Assembly: GCF_018350175.1 (NCBI RefSeq)
Contig: NC_058383.1
Span: forward strand, 14,510,001 to 14,574,000
Direction of reading: 5' to 3'
Origin: Felis catus
Lineage: Eukaryota
DNA: 64,000 nt
In this document: in pieces, positions 24,500-37,160 of the stretch
Numbering within the stretch: position 1 is the first letter of the stretch
Layout: each line of letters starts with the position of its first letter
The notes under the pieces: model-generated
What the model saw: the letters and a program-made list of their open reading frames with translations, nothing else
Databases searched by the model: none
What the model was told of the DNA's origin: nothing
Position numbers and translations under genes: made by a program

Positions 24500-26089
24500 G
24501 TAATTAAGACCACACATGCCCTCAGCTTGGATGGCTGTGCAGTAGGCTGGGGATTGCTCTGATGGGGGAAAATAGAGGACAGATCCATTCATTCATTCAT
24601 TCATTCATTCATTCATTGAGTGTTTTTCGGAGGTACAGACCTGGCAGCAAGGCTCTCACCAGCTGGTGGGGGGACACATGTAATAAATGTTACAATGGGG
24701 GGACCAGAGGCTCTGGTAACCTGTTCTGTCTGGGGTGTAGAGTGCATGATCAGTTCTATTTGGGACATTTTGACTTTGAGGTCCCCCGGGACCCGTAAGA
24801 GGGACGTTGAGCAGGAAGTTGGAGATAAAGACAGGCAGTGACTGGAGCTGTCCACTGCTCAGTGCTGGCGGCCAGAACCCCTTGCCCCCAACAAAAGGAC
24901 AGACGCTCTTAGATCTTCTATGATGAGATAACATCAACTCTCTAAACATTGAAATAGATAGACTTTTCTCTTATTACAAAGGCCATTAGTATGCACTTCA
25001 GAAAAATTTGAAAATACTAATAAGGGGCAGCGAACACGTACAAGATGCACCAGGCACTATTCTAAGTGCTTTTCACCTGTGAACTCATTTTACCCTCCCT
25101 TTATGAGTATTATGTCCATGTTGTTGATAAGGAAGCTGAAGCTGAGACTTGGATGAATTAAATAATTACCGAAGGTCTCGGGCTGTAAGTCATGAAGCCG
25201 GCCTTGGACACAGGCATTCTGACTTCGTAGGTGATACGTACATTTTGATGTGTGGTCTTTGTGTGTGTGTCCGTGTGTGCATTTTTTACTAAAAATATGC
25301 ACACATGTATATTTTTATAAACACATCTGTATCTATGTATTGCTGCAGCCATGGTGTCCACGTGTGTAATAATTTGAAATCATAACATACAAGGAATATC
25401 TGTGTCATTTCTGCAGCCTTAGTAATGACTGTGCATGATACCACCTTTGTGTGCCGTGTTTTGCTCGATAATACAGACGTTTATGTTATTTCTATTTTTT
25501 TCAATATCGTAAGCACCACCGCTGAGAACATGCTGTGTATAAGCCTTTTTACTTCCTTCCGTTGTGTGTTTGGATGAGGCACAGAGTGAGGCCAGGGCGC
25601 AGGGCGCCAGATGCACCAGACCCGCTGGTGACACCCCCACTAGCTCCAGTATTCGGGCTGCTTCCCAGAGCTGCTTGTGGCTGAAGCTAAGGCTCTCTTT
25701 GACTTACAGTGTTTCCTTTTTCTGTAACTGTGTGTTTTCCCACTTCATGCCCGATGCCTTTTACGGGAAGTAAATAAGGGCCAGATTAAACTGTCAGGGT
25801 GTGGGCGAGGTGTCCCTCTGGAGCCGGAATCTGGAATGGGAAGCATGTGTCTTGCAGGCACGGTCCATATAGTGATTAGGGGCGCGTGAAGACTGAATCA
25901 CTGCACAGGGCTATCGGGAGTACCAAAATAGCCGATATGCCGATATAACGAGGCGGGATAAGTTGAGTTTTTAGACCAGTAGCTGGCACTCAGCAGTGAC
26001 TATTAACAGGTGCAAATTGCCTTATCTTTTCTTCTTCAAAACAAAAGTGTGGTCTGGGGGTTTAGGGTTATCAAAGTAAGGTCAAATAA

Positions 26090-27240
26090 AAGGAGGCATT
26101 GAAAAACAACAGGCTGTAAACGGATTATTCGTAAGACAATTGGGTGAATTGCCTAGGTCTTTGGAGAAGAAAACAGTTGAGATCCTTGCAGCTCACCATA
26201 TCCTGAAGTGTATTTCAGATGAACTTTGGCGTTAAATGAAAGAAAAGAAATGATAATAGGACCATACGGAAATGCATGTGCAGCTGGTCTCTGAAAGGGC
26301 CAGAGCTTCCTAAGAATGAAAGCCTTGGAAGAAAATGCAAAAGTAAAAGATAATGGATCCGAGCTTATAAATATTGAAATAATCTATACATCAACTGAAT
26401 AGAGAAACAATATGCCAAACCACAAGAATAGTATAGATGAATGGACAATGCAAATAATATCTGATGAGCTCCACAGACTGAATTACATCTTAATAATTAA
26501 TTTCAATAAGAAAATAAAACACCCCCAAAGAAAAATAAAGTATAAGAGAAAACACAAATGGTTGAAAAACATGGACGTTTTTCATTGATTTCATCATCGA
26601 AGACATTAAAATGCATTGAGGTAGCTTTGTGCTTCTGCCAAATAAACAAAGGTTCATTTTGGGAATACATGTGGGCATCCTGCCAGTAAGATCTTGGTTA
26701 TATGAAAAATCACAGATCCTCTGGTGAGGGTGTAAATTGAAACAAGCGTCTTAAATAGCAGTTTGAACCACATGTATTAAAAGGTTTAATGAGAGTCGCA
26801 CTCTCATCTCTACCCTTATCCTAAGCAAATACTTTGGAATGAGCACAAAGATTTGAGAGTAATTGTTCATCTCCGTGACTTTTTTTTTTATCAAAAAAAT
26901 TTGACTCTCACTTGAGGGTTAGTTAAATATACCATATTAATCGTCTGAAATATTTGCAGCCATTTCGAAAGGTATGTACAAAAGTTTAATGACTTGAGAG
27001 AAATGTTGATAGTCTAATTCTTAAGAGGAAAAGGTCAGGATTATAAAATTGGATTAGCTACTTACTCTTTTAGATTGAAAGCAAGTGAGAAAATAGCATG
27101 GGGAAATGGAGACACGGGTTGTAGTTACCTCTGGGTGGAGAGACAGGCAGCTTTTGTGAGGGTACTTTGTCATGTGTTCCCAATTATTGCTAATGTTTAT
27201 ATGATAATAGCATAATGAGGAGGAAAACAGTATTTAAAAA
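26090..27240 (+). mobile_element. Highly decayed L1 fragments
   Basis: A-rich + strand with L1-like pieces (gatccttgcagctcaccatat, ctggtgagggtgtaaattg, gtagttacctctggg). Confidence 0.5.
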
Positions 27241-27998
27241 ATAAGGAATAAAAACGGGAAAATGAAAGACGATGGCCAGGACCCAGTTCCACAGGCTGTG
27301 CACTGAACAGCTCCAGGGCCCGTCATTCACATGAAGTACGATGTAAATGATGTCTCTGGAGCTGAACAGTGGGGTGGCCATGGAGTCAACGTAGAAATCA
27401 TAGTCTGGTTTTGGAGAAAGGGGAGGCTTTTGTTTTTGCAAATCTCTCTCTTTTAAGTAAGAAATTCAGTGCATACGCTCTATAGGAAATATAAAGATGA
27501 AACAAAAGTGATTCCAAATCCCAATTCCCAGATATGATCAGTGTTAACATTTTAGGGCATTTGCTTTTATCACTCCTTCTCGGCTTGCTGAGCTCAACAT
27601 ATGCTAAAATATATTTCATATGGACTATAACATTAAATGAAAGAAGTCAAACTAATCAGATTCAGTTTGGTAACAAAATCTACCATTATTTAGACAACTC
27701 TATTTCTAACACTCCCTCCTACTGGTTCTTTTCACCACACCAGGCCCCCGAGCAACAGGAAAAAGAAGAAGGCAGAGTGAATATCGTACCATATTTGCAA
27801 TTTATGTCCTCCGGTTTTCATGTACAATGCTGTTTGAGAGTCTTTCCCCAGGCCAGTGAATATCTCTGGGTTTAATGCTCCTTGCTCCTTCCCAATTTTT
27901 TAGCGGGCTTGTTTCTTGGCTTTAAAAAAACGTCCTCGTCACGTGAATTATCTGTGTCTCGTTGTTAATTGCATTATGGTAACCTGTAACATTCTGTT

Positions 27999-29112
27999 AA
28001 GTTTTCACTTAACTTCTCGTTAGTTCAGGGGCGCCTGGGTGGCTTGGTCGGTTAAGCGTCTGACTTCAGCTCAGGTGATGATCTCACAGCTCTTGAGTTC
28101 GAGCCCCGCGTCAGGCTCTGTGCTGGCAGCTCGGAGCCTGGAGCCCGCTTCAGATTCTGTGTCTCCCTCTCTCTGCCCCTCCCCTGCTCATGCTCTGTCT
28201 CTGTCTCTCTCTCTCAAAAATAAATAAAAGATTTAAAAAAAAATTCTCGTTAGTTCACAGGCAGTGTAATGTTAGTTTCAGGTGTGCAGTGTGGTGATTC
28301 AACCCGGTTACACTCCACTTGACTCTTCATGTTGGAGACTCAGGGATGAATTTTTTTCTTTTTTTTTTTCAAAAAACGTTAGAAGCAGTGAAGTTCCTGG
28401 ATCGTGGGGTGGTTCTAGTTTTTGAACCTGTTGCTCATCACAACAAGTGCCCTTCTTAATCCCCATCCCTCCCCCACCCCCCATCCCCCTCCCCTCTGGT
28501 AAGCATCACTTTGTTCTCTATAGTGAAGAGTCTGTTTCTTGGTTTGCCTCTCACTCTTTTTCCCTGTGTTGTTTTGTTTCTTAGACTCCACATGTGAGTG
28601 AAATCACGTGGTGTGTGTCTTTTTCACACTGATTTCACTTAGCTTAATACCCTCTAGCTCCATCCACATTGTTGCAAATGGCAAGATTTCATTCTTTTTT
28701 ATGGCTGAATAATAGTCCATTGTGTGTTTTTTACCACACCTTCTTTATCCATTCATCACTCGATGGACATTTGGGCTCTTTCCATAATATGGCTGTTGCA
28801 GATAGTGCTGCCGTAAACATCAGAGTGCAGGCACCCCCTTTAAATTAGCATTTTTGCATTCTTTGTACCTAGTAGTGCAAAGATGCTCGACCTCACTCAT
28901 CATCAGGGAAATGCAATGAGATAGCAACTCACACCTGTCAGATGGCCTAAAATCAACAACACAAGACACAACAGATGTTTGAGGATGCAGAGAAAGAGGA
29001 ACCCTCTTGCACTGTCGGTGGGAATGCAAACTGGCGCAGCCGCTTCGGAAAACAGTATGGCGGTTCCTTAAAATTTAAAACGAGAACAACCCTACGATCC
29101 AGCAACTGCGCT
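27999..29112. mobile_element. 5'-inverted (twin-primed) carnivore L1 insertion
   Basis: Antisense L1 3' end up to about 28877, then sense L1 from about 28878 to 29112; degenerate TSD at 27982-27998 / 29113-29129. Confidence 0.8.
28028..28243 (+). mobile_element. Carnivore SINE inserted in the L1 3' end
   Basis: Perfect TSD ttctcgttagttca at 28014-28027 / 28244-28257. Confidence 0.93.
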
Positions 29113-29587
29113 ACCTCTAATGTTTTGTTTTGTTTTGTTTTTAATTCGTCCCCGAGTCTCCAAAATGAAGGGTCGGGGGCATGTAACACAAGAACGTTAA
29201 CACACTTTCTCCTTGACTGAGAAAGTTCATCAACTTCTCAGCCTTTGCTAATATTATCTGGGGTTTGGGGCACAAACATTCTTTTCCTTTATTTCCATTT
29301 TATACCTTTCAGAATAGCTTTACGGTTAAATTCATTTCAGTAACAAGATGTATGATTATTCAGGCAACTGTATTTTAACACTTAACTGCTAGCAGTCCTG
29401 TTTGCCACGCCCAGACCCCAGCATGGTGACAGAGGGAGACAGACACCTCTGAGCAGGTGTCGGCCCCAGTGTTTTTCATCCTGACCACGGCGATGGCGCC
29501 CAGGCCCACTTACAGAGTAAGCCACCTTCCCTTGCTTTTTATATGTCTATTCACCTCTATTAGCTGGAATGCTTTAACATGATTTTT

Positions 29588-29798
29588 TAAATTTTTTAAT
29601 GTATTTTGAGAGAGACAGAGAGCGCAAGCAGGGGAGGGGAAGAGAGAGAGAACAAGAGAGAGAGAGAATTCCAAGCAAGTTCCACACCATCAGCGGGGAG
29701 CTCCGTGCGGGGCTTGAACTCATCAACTGAACCGTGAGACCATGACCTGAGCCAAAATCGAGTCGGACGCTCAACCAACTGAGCCACCCAGGCGCCCC
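29588..29798 (-). mobile_element. Carnivore SINE
   Basis: Reverse head; TSD tgctttaacatgattttt / tgccttaacataattttt. Confidence 0.92.
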
Positions 29799-31009
29799 TG
29801 CCTTAACATAATTTTTAAAGAAAGTCATGTGCCCGCTTTATGTCCTGATTCTTCCATGTATGAGATACTGCTTTTCCACATGTAAAAGCAACTCAGTGAG
29901 CACAAAAACATTCACCGGGTCTTTGGTCAAAATTCTGTGGTTGGCTCATACTGTCCTCGTGGCCTGAAGTGCCTCTGCCCCTTGTTTGATTTTATTCATC
30001 TTTGTTATTCTCTTACCATTATTTATATGAAAGACCATGCACATACGGTATGCATAAAGCATACAGGTGCAGCATAATAATATACAGCAATATAATAATA
30101 TACAGATAGAATGGGGACGTGTTTTCGTTGCTGTCTTGGCAAAAATTCAGTCTTGCATGAGCTCTTCCTGTGTCTGTCTCTCCAGACCATGGACTGTTTC
30201 AGGGCAAGGACTGTGTTGTTTATTTTTGCATTCATTGAACTTAGCACAGTCCCAGGCACGTATGAGGCCCTCCATAATATTTATTAAGTTACTGAATAAT
30301 AGATTTCTTTGCATAAACATTAGAGACAAAATTGAAAAGCCTGGCATTCTGAAATCATTATGGGGAACAAATATGCCATAAAAACAATATCCTTAATATA
30401 TTAGGAGCGCTTCTAAATCTACAATAAAACCACCGGAGATCCCAATGGGGAAATAAGCAGATAATTCTTAAAAAGGGAAACAATTGCTAAACTTGAAACT
30501 CTCCAATTTCCTATTAATTGTCAATTCATAAAAACAAGAATGTCTTTCCTCACCTCTCAAAACAATATTCTCTATCACCTGTAATTTTTATTTTATACTT
30601 CTCTTAAAAGCTTCATTAGACTCCATTGGACACATTTTTATAATACTGCTCTTGTGTAGACATTAAAAAAAAAGACATAAGCAAAATACATTTGGTAGAT
30701 GTTATCACTTTCAACATCTTAATTCTTCTGAATTACTTTGTGACTCAGAAGTTTGCTTGGGTTTTTTTCCCACGTAATTTATCCTTTGCCTCATTGAAAG
30801 CATCGGCAGTGAGCGTGTCCTCAAAGCATCTACAAAAGAACTAAAACACAGCACGGGGCTCCAAGGCGACTCAGCAGAGATCTCTTGCTTGGGACCTTTT
30901 GTGCAACATATCTGATTCATCACTTCTACCCCTCTGCATACATTTTTGGTAACTTGGGTTTAAAGCAATACCCCCGCCAATTTCTTTAGAATTTTTCTTC
31001 CAAGCAGCT

Positions 31010-31312
31010 TTCTTTTTTTTCCCTCCAGCTTTATTGAGATATAATTGACATATAAAGCTATATAAGCTTAAGGGGTCCAACATGTTGATCTGACACACTT
31101 ACATATTATAAAGTGATTATTGCCATAGAGTTAGCTAACACCTGTTACATCCCCTAATTACCATCTCTTTTTTTGGTGATGAGAACATTTAAGGTGATCT
31201 AATCGCTGGGTGATTTTCCAAGTATGTGATACAGTATTATTGGCTATGATTACCATGCTGTGCACTAGGTTCCCCAGCATCTAAGTTTGGATGTTTGTAT
31301 ACTTTGACCAAC
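31010..31312 (-). mobile_element. L1 3' end fragment
   Basis: T run followed by cagctttattgagatataattgacata...gagaacatttaag...accatgctgtgcactag. Confidence 0.8.
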
Positions 31313-32477
31313 ACAATATTTTTAAAGCATGAAACTCAGGACTAATAAGTATTTACATACCTTGTGGACGGGAATAGAAATTAGTTTGAAGCTCCCGGAA
31401 AGGATTTGGACGGCAGGTTTTAAGAACATTAAGGCAGCCCTACCTTCTGCTACCGTAACCGCAGTTCTAGGATTATTTTCTTAATAAAACCTGAAGGGTG
31501 AACAAGCTTTACACAGTTGCTCATTACGGTCCAACTTGAACAAAACGAAATTGTCTCAGAATTAGGGAAAAAAAATTAACCGAATTTGGGAAAGGATGGT
31601 GAGCGATTGTTACTTTCTTCTACAGTTTTCAAGATATCTCAGTAGGATGGGGTTATTTTTGTAATCTTTAAAACAAACAAAAAAAAGGCAGTGAAACTCT
31701 GCTCAGTTGCCTGAACCTAAACACAGTTTGGGAGCACAGAAGCCAAGTGCCCCTTGCCTCCCTTCTTGATTTGTCTCTGGTTAGTTTGGTTTCCATGGAG
31801 GAGACCGAGTGTAAGACCAACAACGTTTTCCCTCCGGTTTGAGATTGCAACATGGCGGGTGGGATGGACACCAGTCTAGGTTCCAACGAGACAAATTCTT
31901 CCGTGTTCCCAGAGAGATGTGCGTAGCTAGGTTCTGGGCTTTTGTCTTGGGGACTTCCGTCCGTTCTGCCACAGATGCGTTCCAAACACCTAGCATGGTA
32001 CCTGCCACCGTCTAGGCATCCAGTAAGTATTCTTTGAATATGTAGATAAGTACAGAAATATATAAATAAATTGTTGCTCAGCAGCAGGGTTTTTGTTTGC
32101 TTTGGGGGATTACTGGTTTTAATGCCTCCATGCCAGCAGTGACTTCAGAAACTGACCCATGATTCCCGGGGTTATTAAAAGCAGTGTTGGTGTCGAGGCC
32201 CACTCTGGATAACCAGTGGGTAACTGGTGTTCCTATGTCCAGATGTTCCCTAGGCTTCTCTTCTGTGCTGGGGACGGGGGAGTTGTGTGTCAGCAGGGGC
32301 TAGGGGTGTCGCAGGCAGAGCGCTCATGCCCACACCGTCCGTTGAAGGACTTTGTCTTTCTTGCCAAAATGATTACCTCACAGAAAAGTCTGAACCAAGT
32401 CATGGCGGAACAAGGGTTGGGCAGCGGAATTTCCACCAGATGAGCTCTGATGGGTGATGTTTTGCCTATTCCTACAG

Positions 32478-32573
32478 CTTCGAAACAACAAGGCTAAAGA
32501 CGTCTGCTTGGACCAGGGGCCACTGGAGAACCACACAGCAATACTGTACCCATGCCATGGCTGGGGACCCCAG
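32478..32573 (+). CDS. GALNT17: GALNT17 internal coding exon (ricin-B lectin alpha repeat), 96 nt, phase 0/0; absent from the ORF track
   Basis: Acceptor cctattcctacag, donor CAG|gtagga. Hand translation gives LRNNKAKDVCLDQGPLENHTAILYPCHGWGPQ, with the CLD and PCHG lectin motifs. Confidence 0.95.
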
Positions 32574-33711
32574 GTAGGAGCCCATCTCTGACCAGGAAGG
32601 GAGTAAAATCACCAGCCTCCAGAGGATCTGTGGGGCATCTGTTGTTCTCTACTTTGTAGCTGTTCTGTGTTCTGAGATTTTAAGGAGAAGGGCAGGGGTT
32701 GGTGCATTCTGGTTGTTCCTGCATAGCAGTTGGGAAAAGATTCATGAGCGTTTGCATCAGCACAGATATTAAGAGGATCAATGGGCACACTGCATACCGG
32801 ATAGAGAATGTGAATACATTTCAGAGTCATGTGCAATTAGGCAAGTATCTGCCACATGGGCATACGTTCTAATCATAACTAAATATGCCCGCTTATACGT
32901 ACTTCAAAGAAATAACAGACTTCCTCATGAGAACATGCCTGACATGTTCATCCCGAAGGACCAGCTGGGTGGTAAGTGTGACCGGGTCTGTAAGTACAAG
33001 AGCTAAGCGCTAACTGGGGAAGAGAAACGTGCCGGTAGTAACATTTCAGAGAACACACGCGTTCTCCGGTTTCTCAGGAGAACACAGAATAACTCAAAAA
33101 GGGCAACACATTCGACCAACATTGTGAAAATAGAGCCTAGTCAATGAATTTCCCTCGGCAACTTTGTGCTAACCCAAGGTGTGTGCGCGCATGTATGCAT
33201 ACGTGTCTGTTTACGTATGTATGTGTGTGCATGTGTGTGAATAAAGAGCTTGGCAGAAATTGTCTGAGATTTGGGAGAAAACGTACCCAAAAATGTCATT
33301 AGACTTGACATTCACAAAAGTTTAAGACATTTTTTCATGTCAACTAATAGGAATAAAAGGCAGGCTACAAACGGGGAAAACATTTATGACGCGGTCCTCG
33401 TGGAGCACCAGACAGGTGATTCTGAGCCAGACTCAGTGATTCCCTCTCTCTGGATCTCAGTTTGCTCCTCTGTAATAGGAAGACACTGGACCAAATGCCC
33501 CGTCAGCTCCCTTGGTCCGTCTCTTGTTCCGTGAACCCAAAGACATTCAGTTGCCAATTCACATTCAGGAGTCACGCGTGCACATTCAAGCAGGCATTCG
33601 TTACAGCTCATGGGTTTCCTCTGTTCCTGGCACTTTTGCTTCCCGTTAAGCCAATACCTGGAAGGAGAGGAATTGTGTTCTCTCTACCATCATGACAGGT
33701 AGTTCTTTCCC

Positions 33712-33899
33712 TTTTTTTAAGTGTACTTACTTATTTTGAGGGAGAGGGAGCAAGCGCGAGCAGGGGAGAGGGAGAGAGAGAATCCCAAGCAGGCTCTGAG
33801 CTGCCCAACGTGGAGCTCAATCCCATGAACCGTGAGATCAGAACCTGAGCTGAAATTGAGAGCCAGACGTTTACCCGACTGAACCACGCAGGCTGCCCC
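33712..33899 (-). mobile_element. Carnivore SINE (older)
   Basis: Reverse SINE: gagagaatcccaagcaggctct...ccgactgaaccacgcaggctgcccc. Confidence 0.88.
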
Positions 33900-34599
33900 G
33901 TGGCAGGGAGTTCTGATAGTCCAGACCTTCAGCATCCCTTCAGTGTGTGACAGGTCCTCTGAAGGTGGATAATGGGTACTGCGAGACAGATCGAATCCTG
34001 AGCCCTTGGCTTCTGGGGGGTTGACAGGCAGCATGGGGAAACTGAGGCACAGAGGAGCAAGTGCCTGTGAGCGAGTGCCTGTGAGCAAAGCAGATGAGAA
34101 CCCACGCCCTCCAGCCTGACTAAAGTGCTCTACGTTCAAACCCAACCCATGTACGTCAAGATGATTTACTTGGCTAAAAGCACGCGTGGGGAGCAGGAGA
34201 GCGACCAGGCTCTCCACAGGGAGGCACTCCGAGCAAAGGCATTAGGGACTAACGAATCCAGGGAGTGTCTCCGTTCATTTATCCATTCGCTCAACAAGTG
34301 TATCTTTCTCACTGACCGCAGGTGCTGGTCACGAGTATATATGGCGGTGGGTAGGCTTTGATTCCCTGCTCTCAGATGGGTTCCACTTGAGGGAAGAGAC
34401 AAAGAGACAGGAGACTCTATAGCATAGGAAGTGTGGAAAGAACAAGATAGCCGGGGGCTGGAACACAGAAGGTGGCCCAGCATGGCTGGCACTCAGAGTT
34501 GCGAGAGGGGAGGGCTGGCTGGGAGATCATGCAGAAGGGGATGGAGAGGTGGGTCTCCCAAGGCCAGAGAAGGCATGCTCCAAGACACAGGTCCTTGCC

Positions 34600-34802
34600 T
34601 TCATGGCGCAGCAGAATCACCTGGAAGGCCTGTGAGAGCCTTCTGGCTTCTGAACTTCTGCCCCCCCCCCCCGCCAGAGCTTCTGAGTCAGGGGGCCTGG
34701 GGTGGGAGGGGAGATTTTGCATTTCTAACAAGTTCCCAGATGATGCCACGATGCTGGCCTGACCAGTGTGGGACTCGACTCTGGGGGTACTAGGGAACCA
34801 CC
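34600..34802. mobile_element. MER5A-like MITE
   Basis: cagaatcacctggaaggcctgtga...tgcatttctaacaagttcccagatgatg...gggaacca. Confidence 0.7.
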
Positions 34803-35649
34803 AGGGGCGCGGGGCGGGTGGTGGTGACAGCTTAGATCAGGCTTAGATTGAACTCTCGGAGGAGTTCAGAGAGGTGTGGATGCTACGGAAGCATCCTGGC
34901 CATCGGCCCCCGCTGACTCTCCAGCTCTTCCCTCGCAGGGTCTGGAGGTGACAAGGACCCTAGAAGCCTTGGTGACCCGGGCAGTGGAGGTGGGGAGCCG
35001 TGGCCTGCAAGGAATGGTCAAGTCAGACATTTAAGAGGCCGCATCTTGGGACAGGCCATATGACAAGCTGGCAATCGAGCCCAACTGGTGCTGGGTGAGC
35101 TGGCGGGGAGGGGGACATCGGGACATGGTGGTATCGCCCCAGGAGGGCAGCGGGAGCCTGGACGCTAAGCCCTGGGGATGCCGGCTTCTGAACCACACTG
35201 CTGTATGTGACTGTCATTCGGGAGATGCGGGGAGTAGCATTTGGAAAAATACTTAACTCCCAGGTTTCTCCACCCACTGTTCCTAACAGGTAACATTTGA
35301 GCTAAGTACTTGCTAACTGTGGCATAACAGACCCTGTCATGTTTAGATATCTGCATAACCAAAAACTGGCCTGTGAAGCCAACCTCTGGGCATGAGAAAA
35401 GGAATCAAGGTGGTCTAATAAATGTCTCCCAGAGATCTGAGGGCTTCCCGGTGCGGCTCCGGAATTCATCTTTCCTGGGTTCCACCTGCACACAGGGCTT
35501 TTTCCAATGAATTCTCCTGCCATTTAGTGGATTATAGAATGAAAAAGCAAGGGAGGCTGTCCATTGACCCCCCCCCCCCCCGCAACGCGCCCCAGCGCTG
35601 GGATGAACACCTAGGAGGGGACCATGGTTGTTTTCCATCAGCGGATTTT

Positions 35650-35871
35650 TTTTTTAATTTTTTTTTTTCAACGTTTATTTATTTTTGGGACAGAGAGAGA
35701 CAGAGCATGAGCGGGGGAGGGGCAGAGAGAGAGGGAGACACAGAATCGGAAACAGACTCCAGGCTCTGAGCCATCAGCCCAGAGCCCGACGCGGGGCTCG
35801 AACTCACGGACCGCGAGATCGTGACCTGGCTGAAGTCGGACGCTTAACCGACTGCGCCACCCAGGCGCCCC
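35650..35871 (-). mobile_element. Young Felis-type SINE, full length
   Basis: Almost identical to the other young copies, with CpGs retained; TSD ccatcagcggattttttt / ccatcagctgattttttt. Confidence 0.95.
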
Positions 35872-36937
35872 CCATCAGCTGATTTTTTTAAGTAAGTCTA
35901 ATGTTGTTTTCTGTTCTACCACATGTTCTGAATTGAGAAGGCACCCTGGGTACTTCTCTCCGGCTGCCAGGCTGCGCCCCACCCCCCCACCGTCGCTCAT
36001 CAAGGTTTCCTCCCCCTCCTTGCAAAACCACTCCCTCTGCGCTGGGAGTGAGTTCCCCACCAGTCACGCGCCTTGGCATCTTTTAAAACCGCTCCGTAAA
36101 GTGCTCTGGGCAAACAGAGATTGAATCAAAGCTCCTGGAACGAAGCAACTCCCCGAAGAAGAAACTGGTGCTCCACGGACATTGTGAGCTTAATTAATGG
36201 ACTCTCGGTCGTAATTTATTAGCCGACAGCAATTAAACAGAGAGAAAATAAGCACCGAGGAGGGTGATCTCCTGTCTTCCAACATGTGTTTGCCAACAAA
36301 ATGGAAAAGGTTCCTTGCCACTCGGAGAGCCTGCTCTCTCACAAGTGTCTATCAGCGAGCTGCTGACCAGCCTCGCTCTTGTCCGGTTACTAATTTGGAT
36401 TGGACACGTGCCCGTTTCTTTTCGAGCTCAAGTTTTACCTAAAAATGGGGTGTCAACGATGCAGCAGTAGCCTCTGGTGTCAGCTCGACCTTATTGAGAG
36501 CCGGGGTTCTTGTCTAAGGAGGCCCTCGGCTCCCCCACCCGGCTCCAGGCTGCCGATCTGGGCCCAGGTCAGGTGGTTGCCCTGCAGGCCTATCAGCCGT
36601 GAGATTGGCCTCTTCTGTCAGCCCCTTCCTGCTCCCTCCCCATCCACCCGGTCAACCTGTCAGCCACCCCCGGCCACTCCTTCTGATTTCCCTTGAGGAC
36701 CAAGGTCAAGGAGAGAGAAGGGTGGGCAGTGCTGCCCCCAGGGGCCCCCAGGCACATGCGCATCTTCCTTCTTACCCTTAAACAGCCCCAATGGCTCTGG
36801 GCTGCTCTCTTGAGCCTCTGCTGCTGAGCTGTTGCTGAGGTCCCAACGGACTGTGGCCCAGAGCTTCATGGCACAGCCCTGAGCACTGGGCCAGAGCCAT
36901 GGCTGGGCGGAGACAGGGAATAGAAATGCTGGCGATA

Positions 36938-37160
36938 GGGGCACCGGGGTGGCTCGGTCAGTTAAGCGTCTGACTCTTGAGTTCAGCTCAGGTCATGATC
37001 TCACGGTCTGTGGGTTTGAGCCCTGTGTCGGGCCCTGCGCTGGCAGCGTGGAGCCTGCTGGGGATTCTCTCTCGCCCTCTCTCTCTCTGTCTGCCCCTCC
37101 ACTGCTCATGCTGTCTCTCTCTCTCTCTCTCTCAAAATAAATAAATAAACATTAAAAAAT
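36938..37160 (+). mobile_element. Carnivore SINE
   Basis: Head, CT tract, aaaataaataaataaac tail. Confidence 0.9.

Noticed and set aside
34797..34812. CTCF-like CCACCAGGGGCGC
   Set aside because: It is one G short of the core spacing and overlaps a MITE terminus.
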